A stretch of DNA of 57,651 bases. It comes from Acidobacteriota bacterium (GTDB taxonomy: Bacteria > Acidobacteriota > Thermoanaerobaculia > Multivoradales > UBA5704). The position numbers were made by a program, and so were the translations under genes. The first letter of the stretch is position 1, and the number at the start of each line of letters is the position of its first letter. The DNA lies in contig JBDTZG010000033.1 in NCBI GenBank assembly GCA_040005235.1, positions 1-57,651 of the forward strand, read 5' to 3'. Positions 45,973 to 54,783 of this stretch are shown here, in pieces. The notes under the pieces are model-generated. The model was not told the origin of the DNA, did no database searches, and saw only the letters and a list, made by a program, of their open reading frames with translations.

Positions 45973-46204
45973 AGAATGGCGAGTCTCTCAGAATGAAAGT
46001 ACGGAGACCTGTGGGGCAGGCGAACGCGATACTCCGAACTCAGGCGTTGTCACCAAGCGAGAACGGCACAGCGTTGCTCTAGAAAAGGCCCAAAGCTTGG
46101 CTGGACCTTAAGAGGTCGAGGAATCGAATCGGCGTTCGGGCGCAAGTAGTAACCGGGATTAGATGTGCTTCGCCAACGCATCCTACTACGTTGGCGGCAG
46201 CTTA

Positions 46205-46909
46205 CTACTGCTGTAATTTCTCGTAAGCCTCAAACTGCGTTCGCTGGCAATATTCTCGCATACTGAAGTCGGCAGGGTACTCCTCGAAGCAACGCTTCCG
46301 GACGGCCTGTACGACATTCTCGGGCATACCTGGCGGAGCCACGCCGAGCTTTGCCAACGCTTCCCGCTGAGTACGAACACAATACTCAAGCATGATAAAA
46401 TCAGTGCCATATTGTCCTTTACATTTGGTCTTTAGAATTTCGTCTGCTTTATGTGACGCGGCATTCTCTTTCACTCCAAGCGGAACCACGCCGAGTTTTT
46501 CCAACGCTTCCCGTTGCGTGCGAACACAATACTCACGCATGCTGAAGTCGGTGTCATACTTTTCTTTGCATTTAGTCTTAAGGATCTCGTCTGCGTTTGG
46601 CGGTATAAATGCAGGCATGTTTGCTGTTTCCGAGGCTCCGACTTGACTCGGTATCTCTACGAGGTTTGCCGGCGTCTCCTTTGCTCCATCCAAGCGGTCG
46701 ACCTTGTCCTCCGGTTGGAGCCCTACCGGGTGTTGTGCCTGGTCACCATAGCGCTTCGCCGCGAAACTGAGGATTGAATCGATCGCTCCAGTAAGTTGGC
46801 CTAATGCGACCACTGATAAGCCAATTGTTAAAAGAACTGCCAGGACTGGATGGTCCTTGACCTTCCTAAGCACCTGGTCGAGTCGCGTTTCCTTCGATTC
46901 TTCCGTCAC
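46205..46909 (-). CDS. Membrane-anchored hypothetical protein with three Cys-paired repeats
   Basis: One TM helix; three C...Y..DF.M.EYC..TQ.EA..KL repeats; lower GC. Confidence 0.8.
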   Translation of the reverse strand: MTEESKETRLDQVLRKVKDHPVLAVLLTIGLSVVALGQLTGAIDSILSFAAKRYGDQAQHPVGLQPEDKVDRLDGAKETPANLVEIPSQVGASETANMPAFIPPNADEILKTKCKEKYDTDFSMREYCVRTQREALEKLGVVPLGVKENAASHKADEILKTKCKGQYGTDFIMLEYCVRTQREALAKLGVAPPGMPENVVQAVRKRCFEEYPADFSMREYCQRTQFEAYEKLQQ

Positions 46910-47145
46910 TCAGGAATTCTCCGATGATGCTAAATCCTATAGGTCGTTGCATACGGCGCCATCAAATAGTGTTGGTCTAGACTACAGCCATTTTTCGAGG
47001 CAACTTCTTGAGTTCCATTCCTGTGGATAGCCTAAGCCTTGAAAGGTACACGCGTCAACTGCGCCATGAATCAGGCCTGCGCCGGGGAGCACAGAGTCTC
47101 AACTGCCAATGGCTCGCCTCAAGCCGAAAAGCATCTTCAAGACAT

Positions 47146-47574
47146 TCAGGAGCGAGTCTCCTTAACTCGCTCGATAATCATGCGGGCTCCAATGCGATCC
47201 GTGCGCAGCACATGCGCCAGTTGTCCCTCGGACAGCTCGGCCTGCTCCCAGGCCTTGACGGCGAGCGAAACGTATTGCGGAGGGAGGGGCTCATCGGCTT
47301 TGATCGGACCCAAATCTTCCATCGCTTTGCGCACCTCGGGGAGTTCTCCATGCTGCAAAAGCTCCCACAGCTGGCATCCGTACAACGTTGACAGCCGCAG
47401 AAGTTCCTCTGGACGAATCTGTCGAGCACCCTTCTCGATGGCCGCGAGCGTCTCGCTGGCCACCCCGGATTGATCGGTGGCTTGTTCCTGCGTCAAGTCG
47501 TGGGCTTCCCGCGCTTGGCGCAGGCGATCACCGAGGAGGCGCGGATCGATTTCGTCCAGGGGGTTGTTGTTCAT
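47146..47574 (-). CDS. XRE HTH protein, apparently an XRE-ImmA/IrrE fusion lacking the peptidase domain
   Basis: GAGGAGG RBS; LGDRLRQARE..LTQEQA.....IEKG.R; C-terminus LP.QY..LAVKAW....LSEGQLA..LR.DR. Confidence 0.75.
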   Translation of the reverse strand: MNNNPLDEIDPRLLGDRLRQAREAHDLTQEQATDQSGVASETLAAIEKGARQIRPEELLRLSTLYGCQLWELLQHGELPEVRKAMEDLGPIKADEPLPPQYVSLAVKAWEQAELSEGQLAHVLRTDRIGARMIIERVKETRS

Positions 47575-47684
47575 TGGAGGTTCCTCCTCAAGCGGCCTTG
47601 AGCGCCCAGGCAAGCTTATGGCGACGAGTCGACAAACTCAAAAGGCAACCGGCCGCGGCCTGGCTCCCCCTTGGGCCGGGAGTT

Positions 47685-47735
47685 TTGGAGTGCGGCGACG
47701 TGTCGCCGCTTTTCGTAGCGCCGACGTGTCGGCGC
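47685..47735. repeat. GGAG/GTAG-type REP pair
   Basis: GGAGt-gcggcgac-gt-gtcgccgc followed by GTAG-cgccgac-gt-gtcggcg. Confidence 0.7.
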
Positions 47736-47879
47736 GGCTCACCTTGAAGCAAACCCCTCGCCGGAGGGCTTTGCACGAAGCTTCTCTCTGTGACTGCGCG
47801 ACGTCCACGTTGGAACCGGTCGTCATCCACCTTCGAGGCGCAGGCGACGCTCACGGAGACGATGTGGTCGTGAGTTGCG

Positions 47880-47896
47880 GTATAACCAGGTTATAC
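47880..47896. promoter_or_regulatory. TA operator palindrome GTATAACC-a-GGTTATAC
   Basis: Perfect 8-bp inverted repeat just upstream of the antitoxin ATG. Confidence 0.8.
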
Positions 47897-47903
47897 TAGG
47901 CAC

Positions 47904-48140
47904 ATGAAGACGGCCATCTCGCTACCCGACCCCCTCTTTGAGTCCGCCGAGGCGATGGCGGCAGAGATGGGCATTTCCCGGAGCCAGCTCTATGCCACGG
48001 CCATCCAGGAATTTGTCCAGGCGCAGAAACGGAGCGGCATCACAGAGTCGCTCAACCGAGTCTACGAGAAGGTCGACCAGACGCCTGACCCCTTTCTGGA
48101 GGCCCTTCAACTGGCGACCTTGACACGGGATCCTTGGTGA
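47904..48140 (+). CDS. RHH (ChpI/CopG-like) antitoxin
   Basis: MKTAISLPDPLFESAE..A.EMGISRSQLYA.AI..F; GTGA-coupled to the toxin. Confidence 0.9.
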   Translation: MKTAISLPDPLFESAEAMAAEMGISRSQLYATAIQEFVQAQKRSGITESLNRVYEKVDQTPDPFLEALQLATLTRDPW

Positions 48141-48478
48141 TCCGGCGGGGGGAGATCTGGTGGGCCTCGCTCCCCGAGCCTTCCGGCTCCGAGCCCGGCT
48201 ATCGTAGGCCGGTACTCGTCATCCAGACCGAAGAGTTCACAGCAAGCCGCCTTCGCACCGTCCTCGCCGTACCGGTCACGACCACTTTGGAGCTGGCGGA
48301 AGCACCCGGCAATACGTTCCTCCCCAAGAACTTGACCGGCCTTCCCTCCGACTCGGTCGCGAACGTCTCCCAGCTCCTCGCCGTGGACAAGAGCCTCTTG
48401 ACCGAGTTCGCTGGAAAGGTACCTCCGCGGCTGCTTATGGGGGTCGAAAATGGACTGAGGCTCATCTTGGGGCTGTGA
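48137..48478 (+). CDS. PemK/MazF family toxin
   Basis: RRGEIWWA.L..P.GSEPGYRRPVLVIQ, TGL..DSVANVSQ. Confidence 0.93.
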   Translation: MIRRGEIWWASLPEPSGSEPGYRRPVLVIQTEEFTASRLRTVLAVPVTTTLELAEAPGNTFLPKNLTGLPSDSVANVSQLLAVDKSLLTEFAGKVPPRLLMGVENGLRLILGL

Positions 48479-48580
48479 GTCTCGGCACCCCGAACCGGAT
48501 AGAATCCCCCCCGACGCGCCGATCCGGATGCCGCGGGTCCCGTCCCAAATACTTTACCTGATTAGCCCGAGGAGCACCCC

Positions 48581-49660
48581 ATGGGTCTGACCGATTTCTT
48601 GAAGGGCCAGTTCATTGATGTCATCGAGTGGACCGACGACTCGCGGGACACTTTGTCGTTTCGGTATCCGGACGAGGACAAGGAGATCAAGAACGGCGCG
48701 CAGTTGATCGTGCGGGAGTCGCAGGTGGTGCAGTTCGTCTACCTGGGCGAGTTCGGCGACCTGTTCGCGCCGGGCAAGCACACGCTCACGACCGACAACA
48801 TCCCGATTTTGACCAGCTTGAAGTCGTGGAAGTACGCGTTCCAGTCTCCCTTCAAGGCGGACGTCTACTACGTCACGACGCGGCTCTTCACCGGCAACAA
48901 GTGGGGCACTTCGAACCCGATCATGATGCGCGACGCCGATTTCGGCATCGTACGGGTGCGGGCGTTCGGCACCTACGACTTCCGGATCGTCGATCCGAAG
49001 CTGTTCCTGAAAGAAGTCGCGGGCTCGGACCAGAACTTCCGGCTGGAGGAGTTCGCCGACGTCATGCGGTCGCGCCTGGTGAGCGTCTTCTCGGATGCCT
49101 TGGCGACTGCGAAGATCCCGGTGCTCGACCTTGCGACCCGGTACCAGGATTTGGGCGAGGCGCTGCTGCCGTTGATCAACCCGCTGCTTTCGGCCAAATA
49201 CGGCATCGAGATGGCGACCTTCGTGCTGGAAAATGCCTCGGTGCCACCGGAAGTGGAAGCCGCGATCGATCAGCGGTCCAGCATGGGCGCGGTCGGCAAC
49301 CTGAACGACTACGTGAAGTTCCAGATGGCGCAGGGGATGGCGAAAGGCGGCGGCGCGGGGGGGGCGGCGACCGAGTTGGCCGTCGGGCTCGCGATGGCGC
49401 AGCAGATCATCCAGCAGCAGGGCGGTGCGCTGGGTACGACGCCGGTGGCGGGCGGCGCGGCTCCCGGCGCTCCGGTGGCTCCTGGGGCGGCGGCCCCCGG
49501 TCTGCCTGAGCTGTTGACCCCGGCGGATGCGGCGAAGGCGCTCGGCGTCACCGAGGCCGACGTGATCGCGACCATCGAGTCGGGCGACTTGAAGGCGAAA
49601 AAGATCGGTACCGCCTATCGCATCACGCGCGCAGCGCTCGACTCGTTTCTGAACGCTTAA
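48581..49660 (+). CDS. SPFH-domain (YdjI-like) protein with C-terminal excisionase-type HTH
   Basis: IDVIEW, LIVRESQ, PFKADVY, WGT.NP, RAFGTY; C-terminus LLTPADAAKALGV..........GDLKAKKIG..YRI. Confidence 0.9.
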   Translation: MGLTDFLKGQFIDVIEWTDDSRDTLSFRYPDEDKEIKNGAQLIVRESQVVQFVYLGEFGDLFAPGKHTLTTDNIPILTSLKSWKYAFQSPFKADVYYVTTRLFTGNKWGTSNPIMMRDADFGIVRVRAFGTYDFRIVDPKLFLKEVAGSDQNFRLEEFADVMRSRLVSVFSDALATAKIPVLDLATRYQDLGEALLPLINPLLSAKYGIEMATFVLENASVPPEVEAAIDQRSSMGAVGNLNDYVKFQMAQGMAKGGGAGGAATELAVGLAMAQQIIQQQGGALGTTPVAGGAAPGAPVAPGAAAPGLPELLTPADAAKALGVTEADVIATIESGDLKAKKIGTAYRITRAALDSFLNA

Positions 49661-49682
49661 CCCTGAAGGGCCGGAGTCGCAC

Positions 49683-50795
49683 ATGTCCGACACCCCCGTG
49701 ACTCCGGCCCCGCCGGTTCCTCTGGAAATCTCCGCCCTTGGCAAGCACTCCTGCCCGGCGTGCGGGGCGGAGGCCAATTGGAATCCTGCCAAGCAGGCGC
49801 TCGTCTGTCCGTATTGCGGGGCGGTCTCTCCCGCGAAGCTGGCCGCCGACGGCAGCGTGATCGAAGAGCACGATCTGGCGACCGCCTTGCGCAATCTGCC
49901 GGCCGAGCGCAAGGGTTGGGACGCCGGTCGCGTCGCCGTCCAGTGCCAGGCCTGCAAGGCGATCTCTCTGTTCGATCCGTCGCGCGTGGCGCAGAACTGC
50001 GAGTTCTGCGGTTCGACTCAGGTCGTGCCGCAGACCGCCGTGCGTTCGCCGATCGTGCCGGAGAGCCTATTGCCGTTCAAAGTGGCCGAATCGACGGTGC
50101 GCGAAAGCGTACGCCGCTGGTACGGCAGCCTCTGGTTCGCCCCCAACAAATTGAAGAAGGCGGCGCTGACCGACCAGGTCCACGGGATCTACATTCCCTA
50201 TTGGACTTTCGATGCCCAGGTCTCCGCCACCTGGACCGCCGACGCCGGGCACTACTACTACGAAAATGAGATCCGCAACGGCAAGACCGAGCGGGTGCAG
50301 AAGGTCCGCTGGGTCCCTGCCTCGGGCGCGCTCGATCATTTCTTCGACGACGTTCCGGTCCCCGCGACCCGCGGCACGCAGCTCGACCTGCTCAAGAAGA
50401 TCGAGCCGTATCCGACCGCCTCGCTCCTCCCCTACGATCCGGGCTACGTCTCGGGCTGGGTGGTCGAGCAGTACCAGATCGACCTCGTCGCCGCGGCCGA
50501 AAACGCCCGGCGCGACATGGACCAACAGCTGGAGAAGCTGTGCGCCGCTCAGATTCCCGGCGACACCTACCGCAACCTGCGGGTCCAGGCCAACTACTCG
50601 GGCCAAACCTGGAAACACATCCTGGTGCCGCTCTGGCTGGTCTCCTACACCTACGGCGCCCGAATCTTCCAGGTGTTGGTGAACGGCTTCACCGGAACCA
50701 TCGCCGGAACCCGGCCCTGGAGCGCGGTGAAAATCTTCTTCGCGGTGGTCGCGGCGTTGATCGTGCTCTGGATCTTTATCCAGCTGAAATCGTAA
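49683..50795 (+). CDS. Zn-ribbon membrane protein (YdjG-like)
   Basis: Four CxxC pairs, G.YIPYWTFD, LVPLW...Y.Y.......VNG.TG.I.G.RP; C-terminal TM helix. Confidence 0.85.
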   Translation: MSDTPVTPAPPVPLEISALGKHSCPACGAEANWNPAKQALVCPYCGAVSPAKLAADGSVIEEHDLATALRNLPAERKGWDAGRVAVQCQACKAISLFDPSRVAQNCEFCGSTQVVPQTAVRSPIVPESLLPFKVAESTVRESVRRWYGSLWFAPNKLKKAALTDQVHGIYIPYWTFDAQVSATWTADAGHYYYENEIRNGKTERVQKVRWVPASGALDHFFDDVPVPATRGTQLDLLKKIEPYPTASLLPYDPGYVSGWVVEQYQIDLVAAAENARRDMDQQLEKLCAAQIPGDTYRNLRVQANYSGQTWKHILVPLWLVSYTYGARIFQVLVNGFTGTIAGTRPWSAVKIFFAVVAALIVLWIFIQLKS

Positions 50796-50799
50796 GGGG

Positions 50800-53700
50800 T
50801 TATCCCCCGCCCTCCGCCGGAACCTTCGCCGGCTCGCCCTTGTCCTTCTTCGGGGCTTGCGTCGCTCCGCCCTTGCCGCGCTCGATCGTATAGAGGATGT
50901 CCGCTCCGGTGGCGGTGCCCGTTTGTTCGGCTTGGAGCGACCAGTCGCGGCTGAGGAGATAGCGGATTTTGAACGTGCTCACCGGTTCGAACAGTCCCAG
51001 GCCGTAGGTGACGTAGAGGCGGGGCGAGAGGTATTTGCCGACCACGACCGAGGCTTCTTTGAGGCCGCCGGTCGATTCGATCCGCGCCTCTTCGAGGCCG
51101 AAGCGGGCGGCGAGTTTTTTGGCGAGCAGGTTGCCGCCTTTGAGGCCCAGGGAGTTGGCGGCGTTGGCGAGCAGGTCGCCTTCTTCTCCGGTCGATTGAC
51201 CGAGCGGATGGCCGAGCAGCAGGTAGGCGAGCGCTTCGCTTTCGCCCATCGGGGGATCGGAGTAGAGGGTGGTCTGGGGCGAGCGGAGCGTGCCGCGGAC
51301 GTTGATTCCTGCGATGGTTCCGTCGCTCGCTTTGCGGAACGCCTTGAGGTCGAGCCCGGGGTTGTCGATCGGCCCTCCGGCGAAGATCAGCCGGCCGCGT
51401 TCGAGACTCAGGTCTTGGCCGTAGGATTTATAGACGCCCTCTTCGATGGTCAGTTGGCCGGTCGCGGAAGTCGCCTTGCCCGGCTCTTCGATCACCAGCA
51501 GGCTTCCCTTCGGTTTGCCGGAAAAACCGAGCGCCTTGATCGAGATCTTGTCGCCCAAGATCACGCGGACCCGGGCGTGAATCTCGATGGGTGCCGCGTT
51601 GGCGGTCGTGACGACCTGATCGGACGGGGGCAGGATCACCACGTCGGAAGAGACCGGCACGGCGGCGGGCTTCCTCTTTTCCTGCTCGAACGTGGCTTCC
51701 GGCACCTCGACCTCGCCGGTCACGTCGATCCGCGAGCCCTGCATCGCGACCTCGATCCGGGGCGAAACGACCGCTTTGATCTCTTTCGTGTTGGCGGCCT
51801 GGAACCGGTTCCCTTCGATCGTCAGCCGGCTTGGGGTTCCGTCGAGCGCGGCGGTTCCAGAGATCGTAACGTTCCCTTTTCCCGATTGGGCGGCGCCGCG
51901 GATCGCGATCGGCCCGTCGCCCGGGCTGGTCGCGGCCAGCTCGATCCCACGCAGCTCCAGACCGTATTCCGGCACGTCCACCTGGCCTTTTTCGAGCTTC
52001 GCGGTGCCGCGGACGGTCGGCTTCGCGACCGTTCCTCCGAGGGTCAGGTCGGCGGTCAAGGCGCCGCGCGGATCGCGGAGATCGGGGACGAACGCTTCGA
52101 GCAGGCCGAGGCTCGAAAAGTCGGCGACGATATGTCCGCCGAGAGTTTGGCTTTCGAGCGGCGCGCCGACCAGGTTGAAGCGCGGCAGCTCCAGATCGGC
52201 CCGGACGTTGCCGGTATCGACGAAGGTCAGCTCGGCATGCCCGGTCAACCCCGCCGCGCCCGCCTGCGCTCGGACGATCCCCCGGTCGAAACGGATCGTC
52301 ACGAGGTCGCCGTCCTTCTTCGGATAGCGAATCTCTCCCGGCCCAGGCTGAAGATCGAGATCGGCGGTGACGACACCGGCCGGCGATCCCTGCCCTCGGA
52401 ACGTGCCGTTCGTGGCTCCCGTGATCTTCAGATCGGGGGGAAGGAAAGGCTGGAAGAGAGAGAACGGCAGATCGGCGACCGTGCCCGAGGCGCTCCACGG
52501 CCCGGTTTTCGACCATTCCCCTTGGGCGCACAGGCGGGCCGCGCCGGAGGTCCAGCAGAAATCGCGCAGGGCGGCCCGCGCGGTTCCCGCGGTGAGCTGG
52601 GCCGGTCCGGCGAGGCCCCAGGCGCCGGTCTGGTCGTTCTTCAAATCGAGTTGGCGGATCGTGCCGTTCCAAGTGGTGGTCCGGTCGAGCCCCCCGGCGA
52701 GCGCCAGGGCGAGGGTTCCGTCAGGTGCCGCCACCGCGAGCCGGATCTCGTGCGAATCGCGAGTTCCTGCGCCTTTGACCGTCACGGTTTCGAAGCGCCG
52801 TTCGCCGTAGGCGACTTGGCGTGCATCGAGGTCGATCGAGATCCGGCCGTGGGCTCGCAGATCGACATCTGCGGCGAGCTTCATCGATTCGACGCTCGAC
52901 GTGGAAAGCACGAGCGATTTCCCTTCGGCCGTGGCACGGACCCGCGGCGTGCCCCAGGGTCCGTCGAGATGCCCTTGGGCGACGAGCGAACCGCCGCTTT
53001 GAGGTAGAGCTTCGGAGAGATTCGGCGCGTCGAGCTTCCATTCGAGATCGGCGACGTCCGCGGTGAACGATCCCGCCGCGGTGACCCGTGCGCTGCCGGA
53101 GCGGAGGTCGAGGCGGGGGAGGCGGTAGCGGTCACCGGCCAATTCCAGATGGATGCGGCCGTCGAGCGGGTTGCCGCGGATCTGGCCGCTTAAGGATTCG
53201 AGATCGACTTTGCCGAACGGTCCGGCGTCGCGCATCGTGCCCGAAGAGGTGGCCGTAAAGTCGATCCGCCCCAAGTAGTCCTTGGCGGCGGGGGAGATCG
53301 AGGCGAACGCCGAGGGATCAAGCCCTTTGCCGGTGGTTCGGAGCGCCCAGGAGACCTGAGGCTGCCAGCCGATCCTGCCGGCTGCCGTGAGCCGGCCGCG
53401 CAGCAGGTCGGCGCGGAGGGAACGGATGTCCATCTTCTCCATGTTGCCCCGTCCCGCGACCACCCAACGGCCAGGGGGAACGTTCGGGCCGGCGACCTGG
53501 GCGTCCACATCGAGAAGGTAGTCCTTGAGGGTACCGCGTAGCGTGCCTTTTCCGGTCCGGCTGACGACCACGGGCGCGCTCCCTTCGAGCGGAAACGCGA
53601 GGCGCTGCCAGGTGGCGGCGAGATCGAGCCGGGTGTCATCCGAAGTCTGCGGGGCGACGGGCAGATTCACCGTGCCGTGGGCTTCGATCACGGCGTTCTT

Positions 53701-54783
53701 GTCGGTCGTCAAGCGCACCCTCTCGATCGCGATTGCGTCGCCTTTCTTCGTCAGGCGGTAATCGACCGCGCCGGAGGCGACCCCTTCGTAGGCTCCGATC
53801 ACCAGACCGTTCGAAGCAAAGTCGTCGAGCGCGCCGCGGATCGCCACATCGGCCCGGCGGATGCGCGCCGCCGGGTAGGTCGGATCGATCACGCGGGGAT
53901 CGAAGTTTTCGACATGCGCGGTGAGATCGAGACCGACCGTCCGCATGGGAGTCAGCACGTCGCCCCGGACCAGCGCGGCAAACGGCCGGGAGAGTCGCGC
54001 GTCGATCCGCAGTTTTTCGAGCGTGCCATCGAGTCGGGCGGCGACTTCGAACGGCGGATGCGCCGGATCGTGCCAGGTCGCGCGGGTATCGAGCGCAAGG
54101 GCGTAATCGCCGATCGGGGTGAGGTCCCCTTGGGCGCGCAGGTTGAACGTCGGCCCGTCGACCGCCAGGCTCTTGAGGTGGACTACGTCGCTCAGGCGCT
54201 CGCTGGTGGCATCGAGCGCGATGCGGTCTAGACGGAACGGAGGAGAGGGAACCGGAGCCGGTCCCGAAGCGGGAGGCGGCCCGGGGGTTTGGACGATCTC
54301 CACGTCTCGGATCAGTGCGTCCCGCACGATCAAGTTGAGTGGCACGTGGATCTGCGCCAAGCGGTCGTCCGTCGAGGGCGGCAGGACGGCGCGTACGCCG
54401 TCCACGCGGAGCTTCTTGATATCGAGCTGCCGATCCCAGAGTTTGCCGGGGTCCCAGTCGAGATCGAGGCTCTTGATCTGGACTTTGAGCCCCGCGTTTT
54501 CGTACCGCAAGTCGCGTAACGCGAGCGGGCCGATCAGCGGGCCGGTCTGGCCGCCGAGCGAGAGCTTGCCGGGGATGAAGCCGGGAAGCCGGGCGAGCAG
54601 GAAACGGGTTCCGTTCTCGGTCGAAACGCCGTACCAGAGCAGCCCGGCGAGCAGAATCACCCCGAACAGCCCGAGCGCCAGCAGCCCCAAAATCCAGCGC
54701 CGCAGCCGGTGCTTTTTAGGTGGCCGATCCTGCGCGGGCTCGCTCGCCTTCGCGTCGGGCTTGTCGTCTTCCCGCTCGCTCAC
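50800..54783 (-). CDS. tamB: Translocation and assembly module subunit TamB
   Basis: N-terminal TM helix, AsmA-like body, YGQDL, F.GGPIDNP.LD, GKYLSPRLYV.YG; coupled to tamA. Confidence 0.92.
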   Translation of the reverse strand: MSEREDDKPDAKASEPAQDRPPKKHRLRRWILGLLALGLFGVILLAGLLWYGVSTENGTRFLLARLPGFIPGKLSLGGQTGPLIGPLALRDLRYENAGLKVQIKSLDLDWDPGKLWDRQLDIKKLRVDGVRAVLPPSTDDRLAQIHVPLNLIVRDALIRDVEIVQTPGPPPASGPAPVPSPPFRLDRIALDATSERLSDVVHLKSLAVDGPTFNLRAQGDLTPIGDYALALDTRATWHDPAHPPFEVAARLDGTLEKLRIDARLSRPFAALVRGDVLTPMRTVGLDLTAHVENFDPRVIDPTYPAARIRRADVAIRGALDDFASNGLVIGAYEGVASGAVDYRLTKKGDAIAIERVRLTTDKNAVIEAHGTVNLPVAPQTSDDTRLDLAATWQRLAFPLEGSAPVVVSRTGKGTLRGTLKDYLLDVDAQVAGPNVPPGRWVVAGRGNMEKMDIRSLRADLLRGRLTAAGRIGWQPQVSWALRTTGKGLDPSAFASISPAAKDYLGRIDFTATSSGTMRDAGPFGKVDLESLSGQIRGNPLDGRIHLELAGDRYRLPRLDLRSGSARVTAAGSFTADVADLEWKLDAPNLSEALPQSGGSLVAQGHLDGPWGTPRVRATAEGKSLVLSTSSVESMKLAADVDLRAHGRISIDLDARQVAYGERRFETVTVKGAGTRDSHEIRLAVAAPDGTLALALAGGLDRTTTWNGTIRQLDLKNDQTGAWGLAGPAQLTAGTARAALRDFCWTSGAARLCAQGEWSKTGPWSASGTVADLPFSLFQPFLPPDLKITGATNGTFRGQGSPAGVVTADLDLQPGPGEIRYPKKDGDLVTIRFDRGIVRAQAGAAGLTGHAELTFVDTGNVRADLELPRFNLVGAPLESQTLGGHIVADFSSLGLLEAFVPDLRDPRGALTADLTLGGTVAKPTVRGTAKLEKGQVDVPEYGLELRGIELAATSPGDGPIAIRGAAQSGKGNVTISGTAALDGTPSRLTIEGNRFQAANTKEIKAVVSPRIEVAMQGSRIDVTGEVEVPEATFEQEKRKPAAVPVSSDVVILPPSDQVVTTANAAPIEIHARVRVILGDKISIKALGFSGKPKGSLLVIEEPGKATSATGQLTIEEGVYKSYGQDLSLERGRLIFAGGPIDNPGLDLKAFRKASDGTIAGINVRGTLRSPQTTLYSDPPMGESEALAYLLLGHPLGQSTGEEGDLLANAANSLGLKGGNLLAKKLAARFGLEEARIESTGGLKEASVVVGKYLSPRLYVTYGLGLFEPVSTFKIRYLLSRDWSLQAEQTGTATGADILYTIERGKGGATQAPKKDKGEPAKVPAEGGG

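Noticed and set aside
44830-48480. Prophage or integrative element
   Set aside because: Lower GC and accessory genes are present, but there is no integrase, tRNA/att site or phage structural gene.
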